NCBI GenBank assembly: GCA_048885925.1
Contig: JBHLLG010000033.1
Span: forward strand, 8,411-29,065
Length of the DNA: 20,655 bases
Source of the DNA: Candidatus Hermodarchaeota archaeon
GTDB taxonomy: Archaea; Asgardarchaeota; Lokiarchaeia; Sigyniarchaeales; SOKP01
Reading direction: 5' to 3'
Part shown: positions 6,669-15,787 of the stretch, piece by piece
Layout: every line of letters starts with the position of its first letter
How positions within the stretch are numbered: the first letter of the stretch is position 1
Program-made: the position numbers and the translations under genes
Notes under the pieces: generated by a model
Databases searched by the model: none
What the model was told of the DNA's origin: nothing
What the model saw: the letters and a program-made list of their open reading frames with translations, nothing else

Positions 6669-7613
6669 ATGAAGATTGAAAAATCAAGCCAAGATCTTGA
6701 AAATGAAGTAATTTATGCTGGTTTATGTATCCATTGTGGGAGTTGTAACGCATTCTGCCCACATATGGACTTTAATAAAAATACTGGAGAAGCTTATGTT
6801 GTAGATGAGTGTGCTGAAACTGTAGGTCTTTGTTATAATGCATGTCCGAGATCTTTCTTCCCAATTTCAGAAATCGAACAAAAACTTTTTGGAAAAACGC
6901 GTATTGATCTAGCTGCTGGAGTCTATAAAGATATAATTCAAGTAAAATCGAAAAATAAAGATGAAATTCTATATAATTTAGTAGTTGCGGCTTTTGATGC
7001 AGGAATTATCAAGCATATAGTTTTAAGTGAACCTAAAAGTAAAAAACCACCTGTAGCTTTTCCAATTGTTGTAGATAACGTAAAGGATGCGAAAAATTAT
7101 ATTCCAAAAGCTACAATGGATAATGCTGGACCATTAATAACGGGTATTGGACAAGCTTATAAAGAATACAAGCGTGACATCGGAATTATTGCAAATCCTT
7201 GTCATTTCCAAGGATTAGCGAAGATTTTAGTTTCTGACTTTAATACTGGCGCAGAAAGAACTTCCCTAAGAATTGCCTATGCATGTTCCTCAGGGGGTAT
7301 GACAGGATGCAAATACTGCACTGACTTTTCAGGAGAATTTTCTGATATTTCTTATTCTCCATGGGGTGCTCCAAAAGATTCAGGTGAAGCGTTTTTAATA
7401 ATTAGAACTGACATTGGTCAAAAGGTAGTTGATACTGCTGTAAAGAAAAAATTGATCGAAATTACAAATCCAAATCCAGATTTATCAGAGATGAAAAAAT
7501 TTTTAAATAAAAAACGTAAAAAGAATTTCTTAACTCTTCTTGGCAAGGATCTTATTAAAGCAAAATATATTCATCTAAATGTAGATGACTTAAAAGACAT
7601 TCTTGAAGATTAA
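6669..7613 (+). CDS. Coenzyme F420 hydrogenase/dehydrogenase beta-subunit (FrhB/FdhB) family protein with N-terminal ferredoxin domain, degenerate
   Basis: CIHCGSCNAFCP and GLCYNACPR ferredoxin motifs; FrhB core NPCH, YAC, GCKYCTDFSGEFSDIS, IIRTDIG. Confidence 0.85.
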   Translation: MKIEKSSQDLENEVIYAGLCIHCGSCNAFCPHMDFNKNTGEAYVVDECAETVGLCYNACPRSFFPISEIEQKLFGKTRIDLAAGVYKDIIQVKSKNKDEILYNLVVAAFDAGIIKHIVLSEPKSKKPPVAFPIVVDNVKDAKNYIPKATMDNAGPLITGIGQAYKEYKRDIGIIANPCHFQGLAKILVSDFNTGAERTSLRIAYACSSGGMTGCKYCTDFSGEFSDISYSPWGAPKDSGEAFLIIRTDIGQKVVDTAVKKKLIEITNPNPDLSEMKKFLNKKRKKNFLTLLGKDLIKAKYIHLNVDDLKDILED

Positions 7614-7623
7614 AATTTGTAAG

Positions 7624-7651
7624 TTCTATTTCTTTTTATTTAATTTTTTTT
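7624..7651 (+). terminator. Oligo-T tract (archaeal-type terminator candidate) after the FrhB-like gene
   Basis: TTCTATTTCTTTTTATTTAATTTTTTTT shortly after TAA 7613, in a convergent gap. Confidence 0.4.
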
Positions 7652-7694
7652 AGTTCTTTAAAAGAAATCTACTCTTCTCTAAAATAGCTTAAAC

Positions 7695-8228
7695 TCATAT
7701 AAGTAATTCTTTTTTTTTCAAAATTGAGCGAGTTAATGTTTCAAATATGGTTTTATTATTTTCACCACTTTTTGAAGAAGTTTCAAAAAAGTGATTAATA
7801 TTATATTTTTCTTTAAATTCTTCTGCATCTTCATATAAAACACCTCTTCTAAAGTCTGCTAAATCAAGTTTTTCTCCAACTAAGATAAATATTGGATCAA
7901 TTGCATTTTTATTGACGATATCATACCATTCATGTAAAGAATTAAAACTCGTTCTGCGAGTTATATCATAACATAATAAACATCCTGTTGCGCCTCTAGA
8001 ATAATTAGGTAAGAATAACCTAAAACGTCTCTCACCCGCAAAATCCCATATTTGGAGCCTTATGTCAAACTTTTTATCTATTTGTACATCATACGTCGCC
8101 AAATCTGTACCTATTGTAATCTTCATTGGTATAAATCGTCCAGTGATTAATCTCTGTACCATTGTGCTCTTACCTACCCCTCCATCTCCTACAACAACGA
8201 TTTTAAATAATAATTTACGAAATGACAT
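7695..8228 (-). CDS. Ras-superfamily, Rab-like small GTPase
   Basis: G1 GDGGVGKS, G2 TIG, G3 IWDFAGE, G4 GEKLD, G5 FETSSK; Rab-like RFR/YSRGA/YDIT/SF segments. ATG 8228 preferred over the ATG at 8240. Confidence 0.95.
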   Translation of the reverse strand: MSFRKLLFKIVVVGDGGVGKSTMVQRLITGRFIPMKITIGTDLATYDVQIDKKFDIRLQIWDFAGERRFRLFLPNYSRGATGCLLCYDITRRTSFNSLHEWYDIVNKNAIDPIFILVGEKLDLADFRRGVLYEDAEEFKEKYNINHFFETSSKSGENNKTIFETLTRSILKKKELLI

Positions 8229-8293
8229 AATAAAGATCATTATTTTTTTGAGGGATTATTAATATTAATATAAGCGTCGTTTTTAATAAAATT

Positions 8294-9169
8294 TTATTCA
8301 CTTTTCAATTGTTCTTTTATTTTATTATTCAATGCTTTAAGATTTTCAACTATTTTTATTTGTAAATTTTTTGGTAATGGTTCGATAATCATGTCTAATT
8401 TCTCTCTCTTAAAATTATTTATAATTTTATAATTAAAGAAGAAAAGAATTATTGTCAAGATAGGTGAAATAAAAAGAATACCATAAAAAAAGTAAGGCAG
8501 ATGTATTAGTTGAGAACCTGGGAGATAGAGTTTTATCCCTAAACTTGGATTATTAGTCGTTAATACAAAAAAAATCAAATTAAGAGCGTTTAAGATTATA
8601 AAAACTAAAAAAGTGAGAAGAGAAATTTTCCTAAAATATTTAATTTTTAGAAAGGTAATGATATTTTTTATATCACCAAAGAATTGAGAATTATTTTTAC
8701 TCCATATATCCTCTATTATAATTTCAATTTTTGTATACTTCCACAAATCAATAAAAATCCAAAAAAATCCAAATGTAAATGAAAAAATAATAAATCCACT
8801 CAAATATGGAATATAATTCGTTATTAAATGTGGATTATATAATGATTCAGCGCCTAGCCAAAATATTAAGATCAATTGAAATATAGAGGAAAAAAATAAT
8901 CGATTTGCATTTATTCTTTCTAAACCTAAAGGGTTATAAATAATACTCCCATTTTCAAAAATAATTCTCCTTTTATTGGTGTTTAGAATTCTAAAAAAAA
9001 TAGAAAATACAAATGTTATCAAAGGGAAATAAAAAAGGATTATATTACTCCATACTTGATTAATGACTAATAAAAATAGAAAAATGAATAAAAATAAATC
9101 TCGTATTAAACTCTCAGAGATTAAATTTTTTATTAATAGTTTTTGGTTTTTATTATTTTCTTCAGTCAT
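8294..9169 (-). CDS. Polytopic membrane protein of unknown function (about 6 TM), 291 aa
   Basis: Six long F/I/L-rich segments arranged as three hairpins, with a charged helical C-terminal tail. Confidence 0.8.
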   Translation of the reverse strand: MTEENNKNQKLLIKNLISESLIRDLFLFIFLFLLVINQVWSNIILFYFPLITFVFSIFFRILNTNKRRIIFENGSIIYNPLGLERINANRLFFSSIFQLILIFWLGAESLYNPHLITNYIPYLSGFIIFSFTFGFFWIFIDLWKYTKIEIIIEDIWSKNNSQFFGDIKNIITFLKIKYFRKISLLTFLVFIILNALNLIFFVLTTNNPSLGIKLYLPGSQLIHLPYFFYGILFISPILTIILFFFNYKIINNFKREKLDMIIEPLPKNLQIKIVENLKALNNKIKEQLKSE

Positions 9170-9341
9170 TTTTTGATTAAAATTTGCGTAATAAATAAAT
9201 TTTTACGAATTACATTAAAAACTTAATTATTAGAATCTATTCCTTCGACTCTTGATTAAAGCCTAAAATTTATATTAAGCATATAATTTTATTCCACTAT
9301 ATATTTTAAACACATTAATAACTAAAACCCATGTAGAAATT

Positions 9342-10439
9342 ATGAATTCTGAACAAGTTGATATTAAAAAAACTCCCTTATACGATATTCATTTAACAAA
9401 GGGTGCCCGTATGATAAATTTTGCAGGGTATTTTATGCCTGTTCAGTATGAAAGTATTATAAAAGAACATTTAACTGTTCGATCTAGCGTTGGTATTTTT
9501 GACATTTCTCATATGGGGGAATTTCTACTTGAAGGGAAGGATGTTATTGAATTCCTTCAATATATCATGGTAAATGACTTAAATTTATTAGAACCTTCTA
9601 AAGGACAATATTCTTGCATGTGTTATGAAAATGGGACAGTTGTAGATGATCTTGTTTATTATGAAGAGAATCCAGAGCGCTTTAGAATGATTGTAAATGC
9701 TACAAATATCGAAAATGACTTAAAATGGTTAAATGAACATATAGGTAGATATAATGTTAAAATAACAAATCTATCAAGAAAAAGAGCTCGTATTGCATTT
9801 CAAGGTTTGAAGGCAGATGCATATCTTCAACCGATTGTAAATGTAGATCTCTCTAAAATTAATAGATTTTACTTTTCTCATTGTAATATAAAAAATTCTC
9901 CTGTCTTTCTCGCGAGAACAGGATATACTGGTGAAAAAGGTTTTGAAATATCAGTTGAAAATAGATATGCAGTAAATCTTTGGAATGATTTAATGGCTAT
10001 TGGAGCAAGTCCAATTGGTTTAGGTGCAAGAGATTCATTAAGATTAGAAGCTTGTTATTCACTTTATGGTCATGAGATAAGTGATTCTATAACTCCTATT
10101 GAGGCAGGGCTTAGTTGGTTAGTAAAACCTAAGGAGGGAATAGATTATATCGGAAAAAAAATATTAATGAAGCAAAAAGCTGAAGGAACAGAGAGAAATT
10201 TAGTGGGTCTTAATTTAATAGACAAGGGGATTATTAGGGAAAATTATAAAATCTTTAAAAACCAAAAAGAAATTGGTTTTGTTACTTCTGGTGGATATTC
10301 ACCTACACTTGAAAAAACTATAGGTTTAGGACTCGTGAAAAAAGAATATAAAGATGTTGGAACTGAAATTGAGATAGAAATTCGTAAAAAATACTTTAAA
10401 GGAGAAATAGTTTCTACACCTTTTTACCGTAATGTGTAA
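9342..10439 (+). CDS. gcvT: Glycine cleavage system T protein (aminomethyltransferase)
   Basis: KTPLY, MPVQY, FDISHMGE, VVDD, ARTGYTGEKGFE, GLGARDSLRLEA, LYGHE, VTSG, PFY. Confidence 0.97.
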   Translation: MNSEQVDIKKTPLYDIHLTKGARMINFAGYFMPVQYESIIKEHLTVRSSVGIFDISHMGEFLLEGKDVIEFLQYIMVNDLNLLEPSKGQYSCMCYENGTVVDDLVYYEENPERFRMIVNATNIENDLKWLNEHIGRYNVKITNLSRKRARIAFQGLKADAYLQPIVNVDLSKINRFYFSHCNIKNSPVFLARTGYTGEKGFEISVENRYAVNLWNDLMAIGASPIGLGARDSLRLEACYSLYGHEISDSITPIEAGLSWLVKPKEGIDYIGKKILMKQKAEGTERNLVGLNLIDKGIIRENYKIFKNQKEIGFVTSGGYSPTLEKTIGLGLVKKEYKDVGTEIEIEIRKKYFKGEIVSTPFYRNV

Positions 10440-10473
10440 TATGAATTATTTAACAGAAAACGAGGTGAAAATT

Positions 10474-10875
10474 ATGGATTATGAGTTCAAACTTCCAAAT
10501 GGATTAAAGTACAGCCCAACTCATGAATGGGTAAGAATCGAAGATACAATTGCTACAGTTGGGATTACTGATTATGCACAACATCAGTTAGGTGATATTG
10601 TGTTTGTAGAACTTCCTGAAGTCGGCATGATCTACGAAAAGGGAAGTAATGCAGCAGAAATAGAATCTGTAAAAGCCGTCGGAGATCTAATTATGCCTTT
10701 ATCGGGAGAAATTATTGCAGTAAATAAAAAACTTTCTGAAAATCCTGAATTTGTAAATACTTCTCCATTTGGAGAAGGTTGGATACTAAAGATAAAATTT
10801 TCACATACAAGTGAAATAGATGAACTTTTATCCGCTGAAGAATACAAAGAATTAATCCAAAACAAAGAACTTTAA
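10474..10875 (+). CDS. gcvH: Glycine cleavage system H protein (lipoyl carrier)
   Basis: HEWV, VGITDYAQHQLGDIVFVELP, lipoyl-Lys motif ESVKA, PFGEGW. ATG 10474 follows the RBS-like GAGGTG at 10462-10467. Confidence 0.97.
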   Translation: MDYEFKLPNGLKYSPTHEWVRIEDTIATVGITDYAQHQLGDIVFVELPEVGMIYEKGSNAAEIESVKAVGDLIMPLSGEIIAVNKKLSENPEFVNTSPFGEGWILKIKFSHTSEIDELLSAEEYKELIQNKEL

Positions 10876-10936
10876 TATTTTTTTCTTTATAGGTTAAATT
10901 TATTTTTAAAATAACAATTAAGTGAGTTTGTATATT

Positions 10937-12271
10937 ATGGATTTTGTACCTCATGACAATAACACTATTAAAGAAATGTTAAATGTAATTGGTGTAAATC
11001 ATCTAAAAGAGCTCTTCCAGGATATTCCTAGTGATTTAATTATTGAAGATCTCAATTTACCCTCTGGTTTATCTGAACCAGATCTTTTACGTCGATTAGA
11101 GAAAATTTCTCAAAAAAATAGATTATACTGCAATTCCTTTTTAGGAGCAGGTTGTTATTATCATTATATACCTTCTTTAGTTGATTTTGTAACTTCTAGA
11201 TCAGAGTTCTATACTTCTTATACACCATATCAGGCTGAAGCTAGTCAAGGTTATTTACAAGCTATATATGAATATCAAACAATAATTTCTAGACTAACTC
11301 AGATGGATGTTGCTAATGCTAGCATGTATGATGGATCAACCGCACTTGCTGAAGCAGTAATTATGGCTACAGTTATTACAGGGAAAAGTGATGCATTAAT
11401 TCTTAAGGGAATTCACCCTGAATATGAAGAAGTAGTTAGAACCTATTGTTGGGGTCAAAATGTTAACGTTGAAATTGCTTCTGAAGATAATTTAAGTGAT
11501 AAATTAAATGAAGATCTAGCAGCAATCTTATTTCAAAGTCCAAATTTTTTTGGTGAAATTGAAGATATATCAAAATTAGTTAGTCATGTAAGAGAGAAGG
11601 CTCCCAATTGTTTAATTATTCAAAGTATGACTGATCCAACGTGTTTAGGTATTTTAAATCCCCCAGGACCAGCTGATATCGATATTTTTGTTGCTGAAGG
11701 TCAATCATTCGGTATAAGTCCTTCTTTCGGAGGTCCGGGCTTAGGAATTTTCACAGCTAAACAGAAATATCTAAGAAAAATGCCTGGAAGGTTGATTGGA
11801 AAAACAAAAGAAATTATAGGACAAAAAGAAGGGTTCATTTTAACTTTACAAGCACGTGAGCAACATATTCGTCGAGAAAAAGCAAGCTCTAATATTTGTA
11901 CAAATCAAGCACTTTGTGCCTTAGCAGCATTAGTATATTTATTAACTATGGGAAGGACAGGGTTGAAAGAAATAGCAATTCAAAATATTCAGAAAACATA
12001 TTATGTAAAAAGAGAACTTAGTAAAATTCCAGGTTATGAACTATTAAACAAAAAACCAACTTATAATGAATTTCTTGTAAAATGTTCTGATATTGATTCA
12101 TTAATTAAGCAATGCAAACAACGTGATCTTTTGCCTCCACTAAAAATTTCAACTTATTATCCTGAGATGAAAAATATAGCATTAGTGTGTGTGACTGAAA
12201 TGAATTCAAAAGATTCAATTGATAAATTTATTGAAGCAGCTCACACTGCTTCGAATAATAAAATAAAGTGA
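10937..12271 (+). CDS. gcvPA: Glycine dehydrogenase (decarboxylating) subunit 1
   Basis: FLGAGCY, SEFYTSYTPYQAEASQG, ANASMYDG, FGGP, LQAREQHIRREKASSNICTNQAL. ATG 10937 (alternative GTG 10922). Confidence 0.97.
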   Translation: MDFVPHDNNTIKEMLNVIGVNHLKELFQDIPSDLIIEDLNLPSGLSEPDLLRRLEKISQKNRLYCNSFLGAGCYYHYIPSLVDFVTSRSEFYTSYTPYQAEASQGYLQAIYEYQTIISRLTQMDVANASMYDGSTALAEAVIMATVITGKSDALILKGIHPEYEEVVRTYCWGQNVNVEIASEDNLSDKLNEDLAAILFQSPNFFGEIEDISKLVSHVREKAPNCLIIQSMTDPTCLGILNPPGPADIDIFVAEGQSFGISPSFGGPGLGIFTAKQKYLRKMPGRLIGKTKEIIGQKEGFILTLQAREQHIRREKASSNICTNQALCALAALVYLLTMGRTGLKEIAIQNIQKTYYVKRELSKIPGYELLNKKPTYNEFLVKCSDIDSLIKQCKQRDLLPPLKISTYYPEMKNIALVCVTEMNSKDSIDKFIEAAHTASNNKIK

Positions 12272-13716
12272 TAAAAACGATGAGCTCTGAACCGTTACTA
12301 ATTTTTCAAAAAAAAATCGAATCTGATCAAAGAAACTATATTCCTCGATTGGATATTGAGGAAATAACTCTCGATGAAATTTTACCAAAAAATTACCAGA
12401 GAAAAGACTTACCAATTCCAAATGTCCCAGAAGTTGAATTAATTCGTCATTTTATCAATTTAAGCCATAGAAATTATGGAGTAGACAGTGGAATTTATCC
12501 CTTAGGCTCATGTACAATGAAATATAATCCTAAAATAAATGAAGATATTGCAGGATTATCAAGTTTTACCAAAATTCACCCATTACAGGAAGAGAATGAA
12601 GGATGTTTAGAACTTCTTTACGATTTTTCAAAGATTTTGGGAGAAATTACTGGTATGGATGGATTTACTTTACAACCTGCAGCTGGAGCCCATGGAGAAT
12701 TAGTAGGCTTATTATTAATGAAGAAATATTTTCAGAGTAAAGGTATTAAAAAGCAAAAAATAATTGTTCCAGATTCTGCGCATGGAACTAATCCAGCTTC
12801 CGCAAAAATGGCAGGATTTTCAATTATAGAATTGCAGTCAAATAAAGATGGAGAGATTCCATTAAATCAGATAGAGTTTGCCATGCAAGAAGGCGATGTT
12901 GCAGGTATCATGCTCACTAATCCTAATACTTTAGGAGTTTTTGACAGACAAATAAAGGAGATCACTCGCCTTGTACATCATAATGGAGGTTTATGTTATT
13001 ATGACGGAGCAAATTTAAATCCAATGTTAGGAATTTGCCGTCCTCGGGATATGGGATTTGATATTGTCCATTTAAATTTACACAAGACATTTTCCACTCC
13101 TCATGGGGGGGGTGGACCTGGTTCAGGACCTATAGGTGTTGTAGATGAACTCATTCCTTTTCTACCTAAACCATGCTTGATTTTAACTGAGCAAGGTATT
13201 ATTTGCCAATCCGAAAATGAAAACTCAATTGGAAGAATAAAGGCTTTTTGGGGAAATTTTGGAGTAATTATAAGAGCTTATGCTTATGTTCTTGCTTTAG
13301 GAGCTGAGGGATTAAAGAAAGTGGGTCAGATTGCTGTTTTAAATGCAAATTATTTGAGAGTACTTCTACAAAAAAATTATGATCTTCCTTATAAACGAAT
13401 TTGTCAGCATGAATTTGTACTTTCAGATAGAGGAATGCCCAATAAAATCACTACAGAGGATATAGCAAAGCGAATTCTTGATTTTGGAATATATGCACCT
13501 ACGATTTATTTTCCATTAGTAGTTTCTGGAGCATTAATGATAGAACCGACTGAAACTGAATCTAAAGAATCGTTAGATAATTTTGTAGAGGTAATGAATA
13601 AAATATATGAAGAAGCAAAAGAAAAACCTGAAATTCTAAAGAATGCTCCACTCAATACTCCTGTTAAAAGATTAGATGCAGTTTTAGCTGCGAGAAAACC
13701 TACTTTAAAAGAGTAA
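12268..13716 (+). CDS. gcvPB: Glycine dehydrogenase (decarboxylating) subunit 2, PLP-binding
   Basis: YPLGSCTMKYNP, QPAAGAHGE, SAHGTNPASA, YYDGANLN, PLP-Lys HLNLHKTFSTPHGGGGPG, MIEPTETE. GTGA start/stop overlap with gcvPA (alternative ATG 12280). Confidence 0.97.
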   Translation: MIKTMSSEPLLIFQKKIESDQRNYIPRLDIEEITLDEILPKNYQRKDLPIPNVPEVELIRHFINLSHRNYGVDSGIYPLGSCTMKYNPKINEDIAGLSSFTKIHPLQEENEGCLELLYDFSKILGEITGMDGFTLQPAAGAHGELVGLLLMKKYFQSKGIKKQKIIVPDSAHGTNPASAKMAGFSIIELQSNKDGEIPLNQIEFAMQEGDVAGIMLTNPNTLGVFDRQIKEITRLVHHNGGLCYYDGANLNPMLGICRPRDMGFDIVHLNLHKTFSTPHGGGGPGSGPIGVVDELIPFLPKPCLILTEQGIICQSENENSIGRIKAFWGNFGVIIRAYAYVLALGAEGLKKVGQIAVLNANYLRVLLQKNYDLPYKRICQHEFVLSDRGMPNKITTEDIAKRILDFGIYAPTIYFPLVVSGALMIEPTETESKESLDNFVEVMNKIYEEAKEKPEILKNAPLNTPVKRLDAVLAARKPTLKE

Positions 13717-13815
13717 ATTTGACACTTCTATACTAATAAATAAATTTTTATAGTCTAAGGCAATATAAATTCTAAAAAAGTATAAAATATATAATTTAGA
13801 TTTTGGTGTTCAAAA

Positions 13816-15783
13816 ATAAATTATTTATCTTTTTTCCCATACGAGCAATTCAGAAAAAATCAAGAAGAAATTATCAAGCAAATTGAACATAGTTCGAAAT
13901 TTAAAAAAAATATTCTATTATTAGCTCCTAATGGAACAGGAAAGACTATTATCGCTCTTTGTGGGCTTTTCCCTTTAGCGTATGAAAAAAATCTAAAAAT
14001 AATTTATATGTGCCGAACACATTCCCAAAATCGCAGAATAATCAAGGAATTAATCAAAATTTCTCAAAAAATAAATGAGGATAATCTTGGAATCAAACTT
14101 AACGGTATATCAATACGCGGTAGAAATGAGATGTGTTTAAACCAAACTTTATTATCTCTTAAATTAAATCCAAAGGAAGCAATGTCAGTATGTACAGATT
14201 TAAGAAAAAATCGAAATTGTATTTACTTTTTAAATTTGTTGAAAAAGAAAGGGCAAAATGAAAATCCCTTATCAATTGCGCCTGAATTATTTAATAGGCC
14301 TGTAGATGCTGAAGAACTCATTACTTACTGTAAAGAAAAAAAGTTTTGCCCTTACTTTTTGAGTAAATTCCTACTGGAAGCTATGAAAATTATTATTTGT
14401 AATTATCAATGGATTTTCAATCCCTTTATTCGTGAATCTTTTTTAGAATTTATTGGTCAAGAATTAAATGATTGTATATTAGTAATTGATGAATGTCATA
14501 ACATCATTGACGTTGCAACAGAAGTAAATTCAGTAAAGATAACACCCTATTCCTTAAGGCTATGTTTAAAAGATTTAGAAATGTACAGATCTCCAATTCT
14601 TATGCAAAGTTTTGTTAAAATCTTAATAGATCAATTAAATAAAGAAAAAAAAAGGATTAGATCTGAGGAAAAGACCATACCTCCTGATTTATTTCTGGAA
14701 TTAATATATAAAAAATTAGGATTTAACAATTTAAACAAGTTTAAGATTTTTATTGAAGAACTTCATGATTTTAGTGTATCAATCCATGAAGAAAGACTTG
14801 CCAATGGAGAAATTTCAAGAGATTATGTTGGTTCGTTAGCAGAATTCTGGCTGAAATGGTTAAAAACATACTTTTTAGAGAATTATTTCTTTTGTTACAG
14901 TTTAAAAGAATTTAATGAAAAATTGTCAATTTCTCTTGAAATTGTAGCACTAGATCCACGGGAAATTGCGATTCCTATCTTGAAAAAAGGTTATACCTGT
15001 TTAAATCTATCTGGAACTGTAAATGCATATGTATATAATAATCTTATGGGGCTAAACGAATGTGGGAAAACATATAAAGGAATAATCGCAGGTACACCAT
15101 TTAGTAAAAAAAATATTAAGGCTGTTATAATTGAAGGAATAGATACTAAAAGAGACAATAGAAGACCAGATATGTTTAAAAAAATGATTAAAAAAATCGA
15201 TGAAGTTCTGTATTGCACTCCTGAGAATGTTGGGATTTTTTGCGCATCCTATCAAATCCTTAAAGCACTCTTGGATAATGGAATAGAAACTATAACTATA
15301 AAGAATAAGAAAAAATTATTTATTGAAGAATCTGGTTTATCTGCCTCTGAAAATGCCTTATTAGTTGATGAATTCAAAAGTATGGCTTCGAATGGGGGTG
15401 CAGTTCTATTAGGAGTATGTGGGGGAAGAAATTCAGAAGGAGAAGATTATCCAGGTAATTTAATGAATTCTGTAATTATTGCGGGATTTCCATATCACTT
15501 ACCCACTCCGAGAGTTGAAGCAAAAATTAAATACTATGATAAGGTTTTTAAAAAGCAAGGGTGGAATTTTGCATATCTCTATCCCGCCATTCAACGAGCT
15601 AATCAAGCATCAGGAAGACCTATTAGAAAGATTTCAGATAAAGGGGCAATAATTTTTATGGATAGCAGATTCAAAACAAAATATAAGTGGATTTCAGAAT
15701 GGTTAAGAAATGAATTGGAAATAATTCCAGACAAGCCAAATGCAATAATTCAGAATCTTTCAACTTTTTGGAAAATGAAGTAA
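13816..15783 (+). CDS. xpd: XPD/Rad3-family Fe-S 5'-3' DNA helicase; true N-terminus extends upstream of the track's ATG 14008
   Basis: In-frame upstream extension encodes the Q-motif FPYEQFRKNQ and Walker A APNGTGKT. Downstream: RTHSQ, Fe-S Cys (EMC, SVC, NCIY, CPYF), DECHN, SGT, SEGEDY, QASGRPIR, DSRF. The start at ATA 13816 is inferred. Confidence 0.9.
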   Translation: MNYLSFFPYEQFRKNQEEIIKQIEHSSKFKKNILLLAPNGTGKTIIALCGLFPLAYEKNLKIIYMCRTHSQNRRIIKELIKISQKINEDNLGIKLNGISIRGRNEMCLNQTLLSLKLNPKEAMSVCTDLRKNRNCIYFLNLLKKKGQNENPLSIAPELFNRPVDAEELITYCKEKKFCPYFLSKFLLEAMKIIICNYQWIFNPFIRESFLEFIGQELNDCILVIDECHNIIDVATEVNSVKITPYSLRLCLKDLEMYRSPILMQSFVKILIDQLNKEKKRIRSEEKTIPPDLFLELIYKKLGFNNLNKFKIFIEELHDFSVSIHEERLANGEISRDYVGSLAEFWLKWLKTYFLENYFFCYSLKEFNEKLSISLEIVALDPREIAIPILKKGYTCLNLSGTVNAYVYNNLMGLNECGKTYKGIIAGTPFSKKNIKAVIIEGIDTKRDNRRPDMFKKMIKKIDEVLYCTPENVGIFCASYQILKALLDNGIETITIKNKKKLFIEESGLSASENALLVDEFKSMASNGGAVLLGVCGGRNSEGEDYPGNLMNSVIIAGFPYHLPTPRVEAKIKYYDKVFKKQGWNFAYLYPAIQRANQASGRPIRKISDKGAIIFMDSRFKTKYKWISEWLRNELEIIPDKPNAIIQNLSTFWKMK

Positions 15784-15787
15784 ACTA

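Noticed and set aside
6669-7700. Possible selenoprotein or SECIS, since Lokiarchaeia encode Sec and FrhB-linked redox genes are candidates
   Set aside because: No in-frame TGA in the FrhB-like gene, which ends in TAA, and no SECIS-like hairpin downstream. The TGA stops of the GTPase and gcvPA fall at normal C-termini.
8062-8262. 66-aa plus-strand ORF with PTPPSPT
   Set aside because: Antisense read of the GTPase P-loop Gly codons.
9187-9207. Imperfect inverted repeat CGTAA-N11-TTACG in the divergent gap before gcvT
   Set aside because: Short arms in AT-rich DNA and a single instance; cannot be distinguished from chance.
10632-12421. Minus-strand ORFs 10632..10865, 10712..10954 and 12215..12421
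   Set aside because: Antisense shadows of gcvH, gcvPA and gcvPB.
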